Shown here piece by piece: positions 21,249 to 32,538 of a DNA stretch of 64,000 nt. Source of the stretch: a virus; IMG/VR virus record IMGVR_UViG_3300020020_000001, positions 1 through 64,000 of that record, one strand, 5' to 3'. The notes beneath the pieces were generated by a model, which made no database searches, was not told where the DNA came from, and saw only the letters and a list, made by a program, of their open reading frames with translations. Position numbers and translations under genes: made by a program. Position 1 is the first letter of the stretch, and each line of letters begins with the position of its first letter.

Positions 21249-21653
21249 ATGGGAGCACAAGGAACAGTCAGTCTCGATTTTGGAGTGTTTCCTGGTGGTT
21301 CAGACGCTTCTGTTGTTATTACTGGGCAAACCAGTATCCTAGCTGGCTCATTAGTTGAAGCATGGATTCTACCAGCCGATACTGCCGATCACACCGTTGA
21401 TGAACACCTTGTCGAAACACTGAGTATACTAGCCGGTAATATTGTAGCTGGAACTGGCTTCACCATTTATGGAATAAATACGAGTCAACTAAATGAACCA
21501 ATTACGATTAAACAACATGAAGGTAGTTTGCATCAGGCCAATGCCACCACCATTGTATATAAGGTTGCGGCTCGTGGAGCTGGACCGGCTCAAGATGGTG
21601 GAATTGGTACACGACTTTATGGAGTTTTCAATATAGGGTGGGTGTGGAACTAA
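21249..21653 (+). CDS. Hypothetical structural protein
   Basis: Coupled ORF in the tail cluster. Confidence 0.6.
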   Translation: MGAQGTVSLDFGVFPGGSDASVVITGQTSILAGSLVEAWILPADTADHTVDEHLVETLSILAGNIVAGTGFTIYGINTSQLNEPITIKQHEGSLHQANATTIVYKVAARGAGPAQDGGIGTRLYGVFNIGWVWN

Positions 21654-22316
21654 ATGGGTATTCAGATCCAAGGCAGTGGTGGTGTCATCAGTGAGGTTGA
21701 TGGCACTACGTTTCGAGCATTAAGAACTACGCCTCGACCAGTAGAATACGGCGCGTTTGGTCACTATAGACTATCAACTACTGTTGCATTAGTTGTCACA
21801 CAGGCTGCTAATGGTTTATTGTTTAGTTTCCGCTGGGGAGATGCCACACGATTTTGTGTATTACAAAAAATTCGTATTGGTTGTTTGCAAACTGCTGCGG
21901 CTACGGCAACAATTACGCCGTCATTTCAAGTTGTTATTGCTAGAGGCTGGACGGTTTCTGATTCGGTAGGTACTGCAATTACGTTAACCGGTAACCAGAT
22001 GAAGAAGCGCACCAATATGGGAACGACTTTGGTTACAGATATTCGTAAGTCTGCTGTTGCGGCTGGTCTTACTTCTGGTGCTAAAACATTGGACCTAGAA
22101 CCTATTCTTGAATTGCCAACAAACCAAACTATTACCACTCCCAACGCAATATTCTACGAGCGTGGTGTCGACTTTGAGGCCGGCGATGGTCTCCATCCTA
22201 CTGTGCTGGCACAGAATGAAGGCTTTGTTGTGCGTGGTCCAACAGTTATATTTGGAGCCGCTGGAACAGCGAACCTTACAGTTGATGTTGCCTGGGCCGA
22301 AGTAGCAGCTTTCTAG
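21654..22316 (+). CDS. Hypothetical structural protein
   Basis: Beta-rich ORF ending VLAQNEGFVVR...VAWAE. Confidence 0.6.
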   Translation: MGIQIQGSGGVISEVDGTTFRALRTTPRPVEYGAFGHYRLSTTVALVVTQAANGLLFSFRWGDATRFCVLQKIRIGCLQTAAATATITPSFQVVIARGWTVSDSVGTAITLTGNQMKKRTNMGTTLVTDIRKSAVAAGLTSGAKTLDLEPILELPTNQTITTPNAIFYERGVDFEAGDGLHPTVLAQNEGFVVRGPTVIFGAAGTANLTVDVAWAEVAAF

Positions 22317-22336
22317 CCTGAAAGGGGCGATAGCCC

Positions 22337-23329
22337 ATGTCGCTCCTTATATCACAACTAACTGGTACTGCACAACTAGATATAACAGCAAGAGGTGTTC
22401 CAGCAAGTGAACACTTTGGAAGCATATCGGTTACTCCAGGCACTGTTACCATCAGTGCTAATGGCATAGTTTCTTCTGAACTTGTTTCGAACGCTAATGC
22501 TGCAACTATATCCGCTGTTGCCGCGAATGGTATAACTAGTCAGCAGTTGGTTGGTAATCCATCTGTCACAGCTAGTGTAATAATCAGCGCAAGTGGAATT
22601 ATCTCTACTGAGCGCCTTGGATCAAACACAGTATCAACAACTTACGCACTATCAGCAAATGGAATTTCTGGTGGGCAAGCTCTGGGCCAGCCCACGTTAA
22701 CTCATGTCACAGCGGCCAACCCAGCGGGCATCATGAGCGCTGAGCGCGTAGGCGCGCCGGCCATCACCACGACGTATACTATCAGTGCAAATGGCATTCC
22801 TAGCTCTGCACTAGTTGGCAACACAAGTGCACTGAATGCGCTCTCTATCTCTAACAATGGAATACCATCAGCGGAGCGACTTGGTCAACCCACAGTCACC
22901 ACTAGTGCCGTCACCATCAATGCGAATGGTATTGTTAGCGAATCGCGCGTTGGTGCTGTTAATGCTGTCACGACAGCTTCGATCAATGCTCACAGTATTT
23001 CATCAAGAGAGCTTATTGGTAGCGCAACTGTATCAGCGGGATCAGTAACTATATTTGCTGGTTCAATAAGAACTGATGAGCAATTTGGGCATCAGCAGAT
23101 AAGTATAGGAGCACTTGCACTTATGATAAGCGCCAATAGCATTCTTTCTGCTGCTGTCAATGGTTATCCACACGTAGGCCCAGAGGTTACTGTAAATGCT
23201 ACATGGTCGTCAACAGTAGATATGATAATTTGGCGAGACTCCAGTGGACCAGAAACATGGACTGCGCCAGGTGTGGTGGTAGCTAGAATTGCTGGAAATT
23301 CAATAACAGTAGTAGTTGGACCCGGCTAG
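22337..23329 (+). CDS. Repeat-containing tail fibre-like protein
   Basis: About 11 tandem ~21-aa repeats of the type ISANGI.S.E.VG.P.V. Confidence 0.65.
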   Translation: MSLLISQLTGTAQLDITARGVPASEHFGSISVTPGTVTISANGIVSSELVSNANAATISAVAANGITSQQLVGNPSVTASVIISASGIISTERLGSNTVSTTYALSANGISGGQALGQPTLTHVTAANPAGIMSAERVGAPAITTTYTISANGIPSSALVGNTSALNALSISNNGIPSAERLGQPTVTTSAVTINANGIVSESRVGAVNAVTTASINAHSISSRELIGSATVSAGSVTIFAGSIRTDEQFGHQQISIGALALMISANSILSAAVNGYPHVGPEVTVNATWSSTVDMIIWRDSSGPETWTAPGVVVARIAGNSITVVVGPG

Positions 23330-23362
23330 ATATAGTTTGCTTTCTGGACCCCGAGGTGACAC

Positions 23363-23665
23363 GTGGAACTTGCACTCCTAGCTAATTTGGGGATTGGAGG
23401 TATGTTTCTTGTGGTACTTTTTCTGGGGTTAGCTCGTGGTCTTCTCTTCACCAAATCATCGGTGACCATGTTAATGGCAGAGAAGGAGCAACGGCTAAAA
23501 GACAAAGATACATACATTGCCAAGATTGAAGAAATTAACAAAAAGGTAGATGAGCGTAACGATCTATTAGCTAGCAGAATAGATCATGTAATTGAGGTTG
23601 CCCGTGCGCAAGGTATGCTAGAAGCACTTCCACCTAGCATAGGCGAAAGGGTTGTTAACAAATGA
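23363..23665 (+). CDS. Membrane protein, holin-like
   Basis: N-terminal TM plus coiled coil; lysis-cassette position. Confidence 0.55.
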   Translation: MELALLANLGIGGMFLVVLFLGLARGLLFTKSSVTMLMAEKEQRLKDKDTYIAKIEEINKKVDERNDLLASRIDHVIEVARAQGMLEALPPSIGERVVNK

Positions 23666-23898
23666 GATGGTGGGTGATAGGTAGAAGGCGACGGAATGAG
23701 ATGATTGGTGAACACAATACTGAAGAACTGAAGAAGGTGGATCAGGAACTAAAAATTGTGGAGGAGAAACTGGCAGAAGATAAGGCGAAAGTGCCTGAGT
23801 TGTCACGAGCAGTAGCCAGTGCTCGACGCACCAAGTATCGAGTGGACAAGTTCACTCAAGAAATTGCAACTAGCTTTGGGAGAGTAAACCATGGCTAA
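23662..23898 (+). CDS. Hypothetical coiled-coil protein
   Basis: Coupled ORF in the membrane-gene cluster. Confidence 0.55.
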   Translation: MRWWVIGRRRRNEMIGEHNTEELKKVDQELKIVEEKLAEDKAKVPELSRAVASARRTKYRVDKFTQEIATSFGRVNHG

Positions 23899-24220
23899 CC
23901 TGCTCCTCAACATTGTCCTGTGGGTAGTGTTAGGAGGGTTTCTGACTTTTTGTATTTTATATGCTTGGCTGGCAAGACCATGGCGTGATCACATGGGTCG
24001 ACACATATTGGTCTTTGAGACTGGATTCCTGATAGCCTTTGCATATGCTGCATCCAGTCGTTATATACCAGAACCACAACGTACTATCGGTTGGATAATT
24101 ACGTTATCTGTAATAGCCATACTGATTTGGTGGCGAGTGATAATACTGGTTAAATATCAATTAATGGCCAGAAGGTTGGCTGATGTCGGTGAGCAATCCA
24201 GTGACGATGTCGATGCCTGA
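23891..24220 (+). CDS. 3-TM membrane protein (putative holin)
   Basis: Three hydrophobic segments with W...GRH motif. Confidence 0.6.
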   Translation: MANLLLNIVLWVVLGGFLTFCILYAWLARPWRDHMGRHILVFETGFLIAFAYAASSRYIPEPQRTIGWIITLSVIAILIWWRVIILVKYQLMARRLADVGEQSSDDVDA

Positions 24221-24887
24221 TGACGATTACGCTAGACGGTCAGGAGATACTAACGTTCCTGTTCCCGATCCTACGAGATTAACTACCCAACTTGTTGATA
24301 GAGCTCTAGCTTCGTTTCGTGAAGTTGTCGAAACGCGAATAGGAGCAATGGATCAAGCAACAAAACTCGTAGCTGCTGATGTTGCTCGAATATCAGCAGG
24401 TACTGAATCACAGACAGAACATCTTAGGCATGACATTGATCGACAACTAGCTGCGCTTCGTGAGTATCTCATAGAACATATCAATCGTGTGTCTGATATA
24501 TCATCAGAAAAGTTTGTTGGCATTGATACGCGATTTGGTGAGCGAGACGAACGAACTGCACAAGCGGCACAAGAAAGCAGAATTTCGCTTGATGCTGCGC
24601 TAGCCGCCGCCAAGGAAGCTGTGTCAGAACAGAACAAAGCTAATACATTAGCTATTGGTAAGTCAGAGGCGGCCACGCAAAAACAGATCGATTCGCTAGT
24701 TGCACTCATGAACACTAACAATAAGTCAGTTGAAGATAAGATTAGTGACCTCAAGAGTCGGCTAGATCGTGGACCGATAGAACAGACAGTAGCAAATAAA
24801 GCCGAACGTCGGCTAGATATTGGACAAATACTATTGGCAGTATCAGTCGTAATAGCAGCTATTGCTTTGGTGGTAGGACTCAGATGA
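24207..24887 (+). CDS. Coiled-coil protein with C-terminal TM anchor
   Basis: AALAAAKEAVSEQN..., hydrophobic C-terminus; exact start uncertain. Confidence 0.6.
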   Translation: MSMPDDDYARRSGDTNVPVPDPTRLTTQLVDRALASFREVVETRIGAMDQATKLVAADVARISAGTESQTEHLRHDIDRQLAALREYLIEHINRVSDISSEKFVGIDTRFGERDERTAQAAQESRISLDAALAAAKEAVSEQNKANTLAIGKSEAATQKQIDSLVALMNTNNKSVEDKISDLKSRLDRGPIEQTVANKAERRLDIGQILLAVSVVIAAIALVVGLR

Positions 24888-24898
24888 ATAGAAACACG

Positions 24899-24936
24899 AA
24901 AAAGGGCTAGCCAATTGACGTTGGCTAGCCCTCTTT
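24899..24936. terminator. Bidirectional intrinsic terminator between the convergent arms
   Basis: AGGGCTAGCCAA-ttgacg-TTGGCTAGCCCT hairpin flanked by A-run and T-run. Confidence 0.85.
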
Positions 24937-24937
24937 G

Positions 24938-25390
24938 TTATACCAGTGCTTCTCTTAGTTGTCTGATGATTGCTGCTTTCCATACTGGATCTGTTTTCAT
25001 GCGCCAGGTGTTAAGGATTCTCGTAGCATCGTTAGCATGTGGCATGCCACGGCGATATAGTCCTAATGCACGAAGCTTGTTGTCGTTCCAGAAAGCCTTG
25101 CCATCGCTCGGCGAGATCTTCGTTGCACCTATACACTTCATTTGAGCGAACAGTTCAATTATACCAATGAACTCAACGCCAGTGAGTACCACACCGTTCT
25201 TTGCAGCGCGAAAATCGAAACGTTCATATACAATACTCAGTGGCGCAATTTCGGTTATTGTGTCAAAGACTGCTTCATGTGGATGTGGAAATTCCATTGG
25301 TACAAGTTGTCTTGACTCGTAAGTGCCATCTTCATGTAAGATACAGATACCTATAGTTAGTCCAGGGTCTAAAGCAACAATGTTTGCCAA
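24938..25390 (-). CDS. RuvC-like (RNase H fold) Holliday junction resolvase candidate
   Basis: IVALDPGLTIG, IVYERF, HANDA. Confidence 0.7.
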   Translation of the reverse strand: MANIVALDPGLTIGICILHEDGTYESRQLVPMEFPHPHEAVFDTITEIAPLSIVYERFDFRAAKNGVVLTGVEFIGIIELFAQMKCIGATKISPSDGKAFWNDNKLRALGLYRRGMPHANDATRILNTWRMKTDPVWKAAIIRQLREALV

Positions 25391-25902
25391 CTACAAACTC
25401 CTAAGTTCGAACTGGCGCTTGAATGCTTCATCAGTGTAAACCGTTGTAGTGCCAGGAACATACACTATCCAGTTTTCCAGCTCGGCTTGCGCAGGTCCCA
25501 CTTCAGTGTATATAATGAGCTGGCCACCAGACTTGATTTCATCAAATGAGTAATCAATAACTAGTCTGTCAAGCCACTCCAGAACTAGTTTGTTGTTGTC
25601 TTCCTTGAGTTGGATGGCAATTGCTTGTTCCACTTTACGAACATAGACGTCAGACATTTAGCTTCCTTAATGCTCTAGCTGTGTCTACCCGACGCTGCCT
25701 CATTGTTTCTCGTTCTAGGTAGTCTTCAGCTCTCGCTAGGCAGTTACCACCACAGCCACACAGTGTCTTAATGGTCTTGACCGTGTGGCACTTAGCACAA
25801 TGGCCTGTACGAGCCAGGCAGCATTTGCACTTGACACAAAACACGGTGAAAACTTCTGTGCCGATCTTTATTACAGTAGTCATTGCATTTCCTTATTAGG
25901 AC

Positions 25903-26499
25903 TTAGCCGCGCGGTTCTGTAGTGGCCGCTTCGATGATCGCAGAATCAGAAGCTGTTGTTACAGCCTCGCCAGCTTCCACAACTTCTGGCTCATTGATTG
26001 GGTCGGGTAGGTAAACCGAAACTCGCGCGTTTGGCGTGACGGCTGGACGGGTCCAGAGCGCCTGTGCGAGCGGCACCACGACGACGATAAAGGCGATGAG
26101 GGCATCGGGTACGCCCGGAGAAATTGCTACACCCACAGATGCGAGAAGTGCCACTACTGACACAATCAAACCACGGAAAACTGCCGGGTCAAGCTTTGTT
26201 AGTCTGTACCAGAAGTTGTCATTCTGCATTGTCTGCTCCTTCGTTGGTAACGGTTTTAGGTACTTTGCGACTACCTTCGCTTGCTGTATAAGCTCATCCA
26301 TTTCTTGTGCCTGTGGGTGCTCTCTCCAAGTTTCGTAATAGACAAATTCGATTTTGTTTGCATCAATACCCATGAGCATTTCTGGTCCGGCGACGTATCT
26401 AGCGTTTCCGATATTTGGAGAGATATCATTTTCTCTACACCAGGTACGGAAATGCATATAGTTCTTTGCTAGTACATAGAACTTCTTAGTCTGTTCCAC
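25903..26499 (-). CDS. Hypothetical protein with C-terminal holin-like 2-TM domain (internal start at 26229)
   Basis: DPAVFRGLIVSVVALLASVG...ALWTRPAVTP; internal AAGGAG RBS. Confidence 0.55.
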   Translation of the reverse strand: MEQTKKFYVLAKNYMHFRTWCRENDISPNIGNARYVAGPEMLMGIDANKIEFVYYETWREHPQAQEMDELIQQAKVVAKYLKPLPTKEQTMQNDNFWYRLTKLDPAVFRGLIVSVVALLASVGVAISPGVPDALIAFIVVVVPLAQALWTRPAVTPNARVSVYLPDPINEPEVVEAGEAVTTASDSAIIEAATTEPRG

Positions 26500-27246
26500 G
26501 GTATGCCTTCGTTGGTGGATTGTATTTGTCGGCAATGGCGCGTAGTGACCCTGCAACGACCGACGCATCTGTGGAAGTTACCTCATGTACGGTTTCCCAA
26601 TACGTTTCGTCTGAATACATCTCTCCGCCCTGTGGGTGTGGTACAGTTTTACGCTGTTCTTCTTGTATGGTAATTTTGATTCTTGGCATGATCGAATTCC
26701 TCTATTATATCGTTACCCAACGTAGTTGTTCCTAGTAAGGCTAGCTCTAAATCTCCTAGGTCTACTACACATTCGTTGATGCTGCGAAGCCAAAGTGAAC
26801 CTGGTGTTCTACAATAAGTAGACACAGGATGATACATCTCAATGAGGTCTTGAGGTATCAACGACACATGAGTTTCACAAGAGAACGCACATGGTTGATA
26901 CCCTTCGTCATCGCGACCAAAGATGAGTATGTGCCGAACCGTCGGCATTTTTCCACAAATATGGCCATGGTTGTCTGGATAGATATATCCACAACCTAAG
27001 TCATATGTTTGCTCAGGTCCGATTCTTGGATCCATCATTCGCGCTTCCACATCCAACCCAAACTAAATGAATGTGCCCAGCTTTGGTAGTATTCACAGTC
27101 TACGCATCTCAGTCCATCAGTGCTAGCTATGAGCGGTTTGTGAATACTTTCAATACCGCAGGTGTATGGATGCTGACCACTATTCCGTTGGTAAGCGTTG
27201 AAGCTTTCTACTTGTTCTTCAGTGAACGGTTGATCAATGTTTGGCA

Positions 27247-29550
27247 TTACAAGGCACTCCACCTTTTGCCTCTTGATGCGTCTACCACAAATGGTACGAA
27301 GTCGGTGAAATCTCGTCCAGCCCTAATCATAGCCTCTGTCATTATTGATGTGACTTCGTCGGCATCTACCTCTTTGCACTCGACTATCATGGCGTCATGG
27401 ATGGTAAGACGAGTAGTGGCTAAGCCTTTTAGTTTGGGTTGTAAATCGATAAGGGCTGAAAGGCAGATGTCGGAGGCAATTGATTGTGGCAAGAAGCTGA
27501 GGGCTTCGTTGACAACGTCAGCTCTGTTCTGTTCTGTAATAAGCCAAAAGGATCGTTTCCGGCCAAACGGTGTAGTGAGATCTTCACCAGAAAGAACCTT
27601 ATGCGTGACCGATGCCTGCCAAGATACCGTCGCTGGAATAAGCGCCTTAAAGTTCGAAAGAAGTTCCTTAGCTTCACTGACTGGCATTCCTAGTTCTACG
27701 CCAATGGATTCAGCACCACGACCGTAGGAGAGTCCATAGAATACTGACTTGATCTTTACACGTTCTTCCTTAGTCCACTTACCAGCACCATAAATCTGTT
27801 CGGTAAGCTCATCGAAGATATCACGGCTACCATCATTGAAAATTGAGGCGAGATAATCATCACGCGCTAGGGTCGTAATAACACGACCTTCGGCTTGCTT
27901 ATAGTCAAGTTGTACGAGAACATTGTCCTCATGCTCAACCGTGAACTGATGCTTAATTCTCTTGTCCCGTACGATGTTTTGCATATTTGGATTTATGGAT
28001 GCCAAACGGCCAGAAGTAGTTCCATGGAGAGTGTAAGTAGTGAAGACCTTGCCATCGTGAATTCGCTTCTGAAAGCCCTTGACATAGGTACCATTGAGCT
28101 TTGTTCGTCTACGGTGCAGAAGTAGTTGCTCAATGAAGGTACGGATGTCCTGTGGGATCGTTGCCTTTTCTAGGACCTTTTCTAGTACATCAGCCTGCGT
28201 GGTCTTTAGTGCAAATCCACGATCAGCAAACCAACGCATGATTTGCATTGGTGATCTTGGATTCAAGGCTCGACCAGTTGTGCGTTCGATGGTTAGTTCT
28301 AGATCGAATAGTTCCTTTTCAAGTAGCTCTTGCAGTTCAACACTGTACTCAGTATCGAAAGTAATTCCTGCTAGCTCTAGGTTAATGATCGCATTAGCAG
28401 CTTCTACTAAGAAGTCATGCTGTTGACGTTCGCGCGGACCCATCCTGGTATCGAAGTATTCCCGCAAGTCCCAAGTAACACCGCAGTCAATTGAATTATA
28501 CTTGTATAGTGCAGAGCGCTTAGGCGAGCCGTAGTTTCCACCAGTTGGAATCAGCTTCTTAAAAGCGCCTTTCCAATCGTGTGTACCTAGAATTTCAATA
28601 CCTAGCTTACCTAGTGCATGGTGTCCAGGTCGTTCATCCAATGAATAGGATTGTAGCATGGTGTCTGCAAATAGCTCTAACACACCAAAAATTGGACGCA
28701 GACCAGCTAGGTCAGACTTGCCATTGTGGGCAATGATTGGGTGTGTTTGTAAGTACTCTCTGAGCGCATCCTGCACTTCTTTTATCTTGAGTGCATTTTC
28801 ACCTAGAACTACAACCTTACCTTTGTTATACGCAATACCAATACATAACAAATTATGCTGATCTGGGTGTTCGTAAGTATCGTCTTTTTCCATGCCAGTT
28901 TCGATGTCAATAACAATGGGACCCACAGGTATGGTTTGTAGCCGTCTAAGTGCTTCGACTGCTATATCATTGTCGAAGACACGATAATCCGGTGCGTTCC
29001 ATTGCTTATAAGTTTGACCACGAAGCTTGGCGGTATCTGATACCAGAGATGGAAATGCATCCGGCGCTCTAAGGCAATAAGCAGGATGCCAGGAGGCTAC
29101 TACCTTCACCTCTGGATTCTCAATGTATGGCTTTGGTGGACCAATACGTAGAGAAGAAATCTTTTTCTTAGGATCAATAAGTGCACTAGCTGCGGTGCCA
29201 CCCACAGCAAGTATCTTGTCGACACCACTGTTTGCTAGCTCGGCGTCGAGTCTAGGCTTACAGGCAGCAATGGCCGACTTAGGTGGGTCAGCGTTGTCAG
29301 TGGGGCGACACAAACAGACGTTGGTTATCATTACCTCTGAGCGCTGGTAGCCATGATGGCTGAGCACCTGGTCGAGGAGACGTCCAGATGGGCCGGTGAA
29401 GGGAATACCACGACCAGCCTCATAGGCACCCGGCGCTTCACCAACGACTGCTAGCTTAGCTCTTGGCTGTGGGTTTTGCGTTGGCACGAATGGTGCATTT
29501 TGGAATACGCATTCTTCGCATTTTGCGAGTGGGTGTTTTCTCACCGGCAT
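27247..29550 (-). CDS. polA: Family A DNA polymerase with N-terminal family-4 uracil-DNA glycosylase domain
   Basis: UDG: VVGEAPG..E...G.PF.GPSG, TNVCLCRP, WHPAY; exonuclease DIET; polymerase GTTSGRL, DYKQAEGR, KSVFYGLSYG, TIHDA. Confidence 0.93.
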   Translation of the reverse strand: MPVRKHPLAKCEECVFQNAPFVPTQNPQPRAKLAVVGEAPGAYEAGRGIPFTGPSGRLLDQVLSHHGYQRSEVMITNVCLCRPTDNADPPKSAIAACKPRLDAELANSGVDKILAVGGTAASALIDPKKKISSLRIGPPKPYIENPEVKVVASWHPAYCLRAPDAFPSLVSDTAKLRGQTYKQWNAPDYRVFDNDIAVEALRRLQTIPVGPIVIDIETGMEKDDTYEHPDQHNLLCIGIAYNKGKVVVLGENALKIKEVQDALREYLQTHPIIAHNGKSDLAGLRPIFGVLELFADTMLQSYSLDERPGHHALGKLGIEILGTHDWKGAFKKLIPTGGNYGSPKRSALYKYNSIDCGVTWDLREYFDTRMGPRERQQHDFLVEAANAIINLELAGITFDTEYSVELQELLEKELFDLELTIERTTGRALNPRSPMQIMRWFADRGFALKTTQADVLEKVLEKATIPQDIRTFIEQLLLHRRRTKLNGTYVKGFQKRIHDGKVFTTYTLHGTTSGRLASINPNMQNIVRDKRIKHQFTVEHEDNVLVQLDYKQAEGRVITTLARDDYLASIFNDGSRDIFDELTEQIYGAGKWTKEERVKIKSVFYGLSYGRGAESIGVELGMPVSEAKELLSNFKALIPATVSWQASVTHKVLSGEDLTTPFGRKRSFWLITEQNRADVVNEALSFLPQSIASDICLSALIDLQPKLKGLATTRLTIHDAMIVECKEVDADEVTSIMTEAMIRAGRDFTDFVPFVVDASRGKRWSAL

Positions 29551-30300
29551 TTATCCCCAATGTATCTGACCAACGTGACGTACACATGTGCAACTGAAGT
29601 TATAGCAATTGTAGTGTGGATACAGACAGGTGCATGGTCGATCATCAGGAGGGTACGGTTCTGGATTATCACATGGTTCAAATCTGAATGAAAGTTTGTG
29701 TCTATATAGGTAGCCACCCTTACCATCTAATGTACCATATAGTACACAAGAACAGTTGTGGCACTTACCCGGGTGTATCATGCTGTAGTTCTTCCCAAGT
29801 TTTGGTAAACTGGTGATACGGTTTTCCACCAGCTAACAATGCGTTAATGATATTGGTTGTTGATACCAATGCTTCTTGAGCTGCTTTTCCAACGAACCAG
29901 TTTACGACATCGTTAGCATCACCATCAACCAAGATGAAGTCTTCAACGACTGATGAATAGATAGCAAATCTGCCGTCAGGTTGTATCATAATTTGTTGGC
30001 TCATGATGAATCAACTAATACCCTTTCAGCACTAGCGCCAAAGATCAGATCTTGCTTGGTTGTTATTTCTACTTGGACCCACACAAGTTGGTTGCCATCT
30101 AGATGTCGCTCTTTGACATCATAGGCGATCATCTTGCAAATCTCAGAAAGATTTGCAGTTTCGTAAGTCTCAATCCTAGCTGGAACATACTTCTTCAGCT
30201 CAGATATTATACCAGATGGTATATTGTCCAGCGGTCCATGAATTCGGAAAGTTATGGAGAATCTATCTAAATCTATTTTTGCGCCAAAATATGGCATGAT

Positions 30301-32517
30301 TTATCCACCAAAAAATCTAGGTTGCCCGTTGACCGAGTGAGAAAACATCATTTTGCGCTGTAATAATGTGGTAAATAGTAGTTCAGCGCGTCGTGAGTCA
30401 AGCTTGTATCTTCTCATTAATTCAGCGCGAGTCACACCCAGCTTTCCAGTATGAGTAATAAAGTCATGAATCTGAGTCATGAGACGCTCATCTTGGCTGT
30501 CACCAATGCTATTTACAATCTCACTAGCGTACATGTGCCAGTGTCGACAGTAGTAAATTGCATGAATGATGTCTTCTTCTGTGACTTTGATCGTGGTACC
30601 ATCTGCACCCTGTGTGCTGGCTGCAATCAACAATGCGGCTTTAAGTGTCGACTTTGACAATCGATCATAGACAGGAGTGAGGTGATTGAGACCACTCTCT
30701 AACGCTGAGTTTGTTAGTGTTGTTTCTAGTTTGTTATATCGAGTCCACGCTGCTGGAGTTAGCTCAGCCTCAAATTCTGGCTTGAGATTTGCAGAGCCAT
30801 GTCCACCATTCATGACAACAAGTCGTGGACTGTTGTATCTAAAATTGATATCGAACAGTTCATCAGTAATCAAACTGCGTTCTTCGATATTTACTGTCTT
30901 CGGCGGACCAACCGGACGCACCCGATCAGGGTCAGCAATAGCAGTAATGAACACAAAGCGAGGAATAAATCCGGAATCGATGTGCCCTTCGTTAAGTAGA
31001 TTTTGAATTCTTGTTTTCGTTCCAGCGGCATACATGATGAATACAGGCTTAGTGATCTTGATTTCTTCCTTGCGCAGTAGACGCTTGAGGTTGTCTCCAT
31101 CGTACAACTTGGTGAAGGTCTCAGCCATCCCTGCCATGTAATCTTTGTGGGTCATAGCTTCGAGTAGTCCAGCGAATTCATCGCGATGATAAATAGATGA
31201 AGTTCCAGGACGATCTTTCAGTGCCGATAGGATGCCTTCGACTGAGCCATCTGTTGCCATAATGGCACTAGGCATGACTTCTTCAAGAACGTTCGTGGCT
31301 ATCTTCATACTCGTCGTTTTACGCGTTAAAGTAGTATCTGCGAGTATCATAAACCACATGTTAGGGACAACATTGCCAAACGATGTTGGCAATCGTAGTG
31401 CACCTGAGATAACCGCGCTTAGGATGATAAATGCACCAGCTTGGTGATACTGTGGCGCTGCGTCCGAAAGGTTGGTTGCCCATCTTATGTATCTTTCCAC
31501 AAAGGTTTCTCTGGATTGTGCTAGTCTGATTTCGTCCTCAGTTATTAGGACTGGAATGGTTGATGCCGGTGTAGGAGCAAGTTTGAAATGCTCAACTTCC
31601 TTGACATAGATTTTCTTTAGCTCAGTCCAGAGATGTGACATTGGTCGACCATCACGAGCGTACTTGTTGCAGCGCGCGGTGCACATGACAACAAAGTTCT
31701 CTTCAAGTGACAGCCCAGTCTCGGCTAGTAGCTTAGCGAGTTTCCACTGAGTTGCTGACCAGTCCTGACCTTCCTCTGGCAGCTCTGTGTATAGTTCCAT
31801 GATCTGTTCGGTGATATAGTATCTGGAAAGAATCTCTTTTGGTGTTTCTTGCGGCAGAGCTTCTTCTGTGGGTAAAGGATTATTGACGAACTCTAGTGCT
31901 TTGTATGCTGGGTAGCAATCGAAGTCAGTGACACGATAGAGTGCTGGACTCGTGTTAATAACGGTGACTACGGGTGCGGTTTTTGCATCGCCATACTTAT
32001 AGTTTGGAGTGTAGGGTACCCGCATTAACTGCGTTAGGTCCCAACCGCTACGGTCTGCACCTTGTGCGGCGTGAAAATATGCAATCTTTAGGCAGATCGC
32101 TTCTGCGTCTTCCGGCAGAAGCGTACTGTCCATACGCCAAAAGGCTTGCCATCTTCCATGACTCGACTGAACTACAATTGAGGCCGGTATTTGTAAGTTC
32201 TGTGGATTACAGGTATCTAGATCAGCCCACAGGACAGTACACTTTGAGACATCACTCTTCTTTCTCCGCTTGGCGCTGAGGAGTTGTGGACAGAAATACA
32301 CATGGGTAAGATTCAGAGATCCTTTGTCGATGTCTTCGCACATCGCATCCAACTCTTTTGGATACTCGAAGAACTTCTCTGAAAAGGACTTGTCTGTCTG
32401 ACCCTTGTACGCAATGCACACAAAGCCAGTTTCATTGCCAAAAATTAGTCTGAAGAAGTCATGCCGACGCTCCGTTGTATGTTCTATCGCTTCCCGGAAA
32501 GTGGAGTAATGTGACAT
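30301..32517 (-). CDS. DNA primase (RepB-like AEP) fused to DUF3987-like helicase domain
   Basis: LWADLD, VQSSHGRWQAFW, MRVPYTPNYK; C-terminal RDEF, YDG, SGFIPRF; start moved to the ATG after AGAGGAG. Confidence 0.8.
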   Translation of the reverse strand: MSHYSTFREAIEHTTERRHDFFRLIFGNETGFVCIAYKGQTDKSFSEKFFEYPKELDAMCEDIDKGSLNLTHVYFCPQLLSAKRRKKSDVSKCTVLWADLDTCNPQNLQIPASIVVQSSHGRWQAFWRMDSTLLPEDAEAICLKIAYFHAAQGADRSGWDLTQLMRVPYTPNYKYGDAKTAPVVTVINTSPALYRVTDFDCYPAYKALEFVNNPLPTEEALPQETPKEILSRYYITEQIMELYTELPEEGQDWSATQWKLAKLLAETGLSLEENFVVMCTARCNKYARDGRPMSHLWTELKKIYVKEVEHFKLAPTPASTIPVLITEDEIRLAQSRETFVERYIRWATNLSDAAPQYHQAGAFIILSAVISGALRLPTSFGNVVPNMWFMILADTTLTRKTTSMKIATNVLEEVMPSAIMATDGSVEGILSALKDRPGTSSIYHRDEFAGLLEAMTHKDYMAGMAETFTKLYDGDNLKRLLRKEEIKITKPVFIMYAAGTKTRIQNLLNEGHIDSGFIPRFVFITAIADPDRVRPVGPPKTVNIEERSLITDELFDINFRYNSPRLVVMNGGHGSANLKPEFEAELTPAAWTRYNKLETTLTNSALESGLNHLTPVYDRLSKSTLKAALLIAASTQGADGTTIKVTEEDIIHAIYYCRHWHMYASEIVNSIGDSQDERLMTQIHDFITHTGKLGVTRAELMRRYKLDSRRAELLFTTLLQRKMMFSHSVNGQPRFFGG

Positions 32518-32538
32518 ACCTACTCCTCTGGGAAGTTT

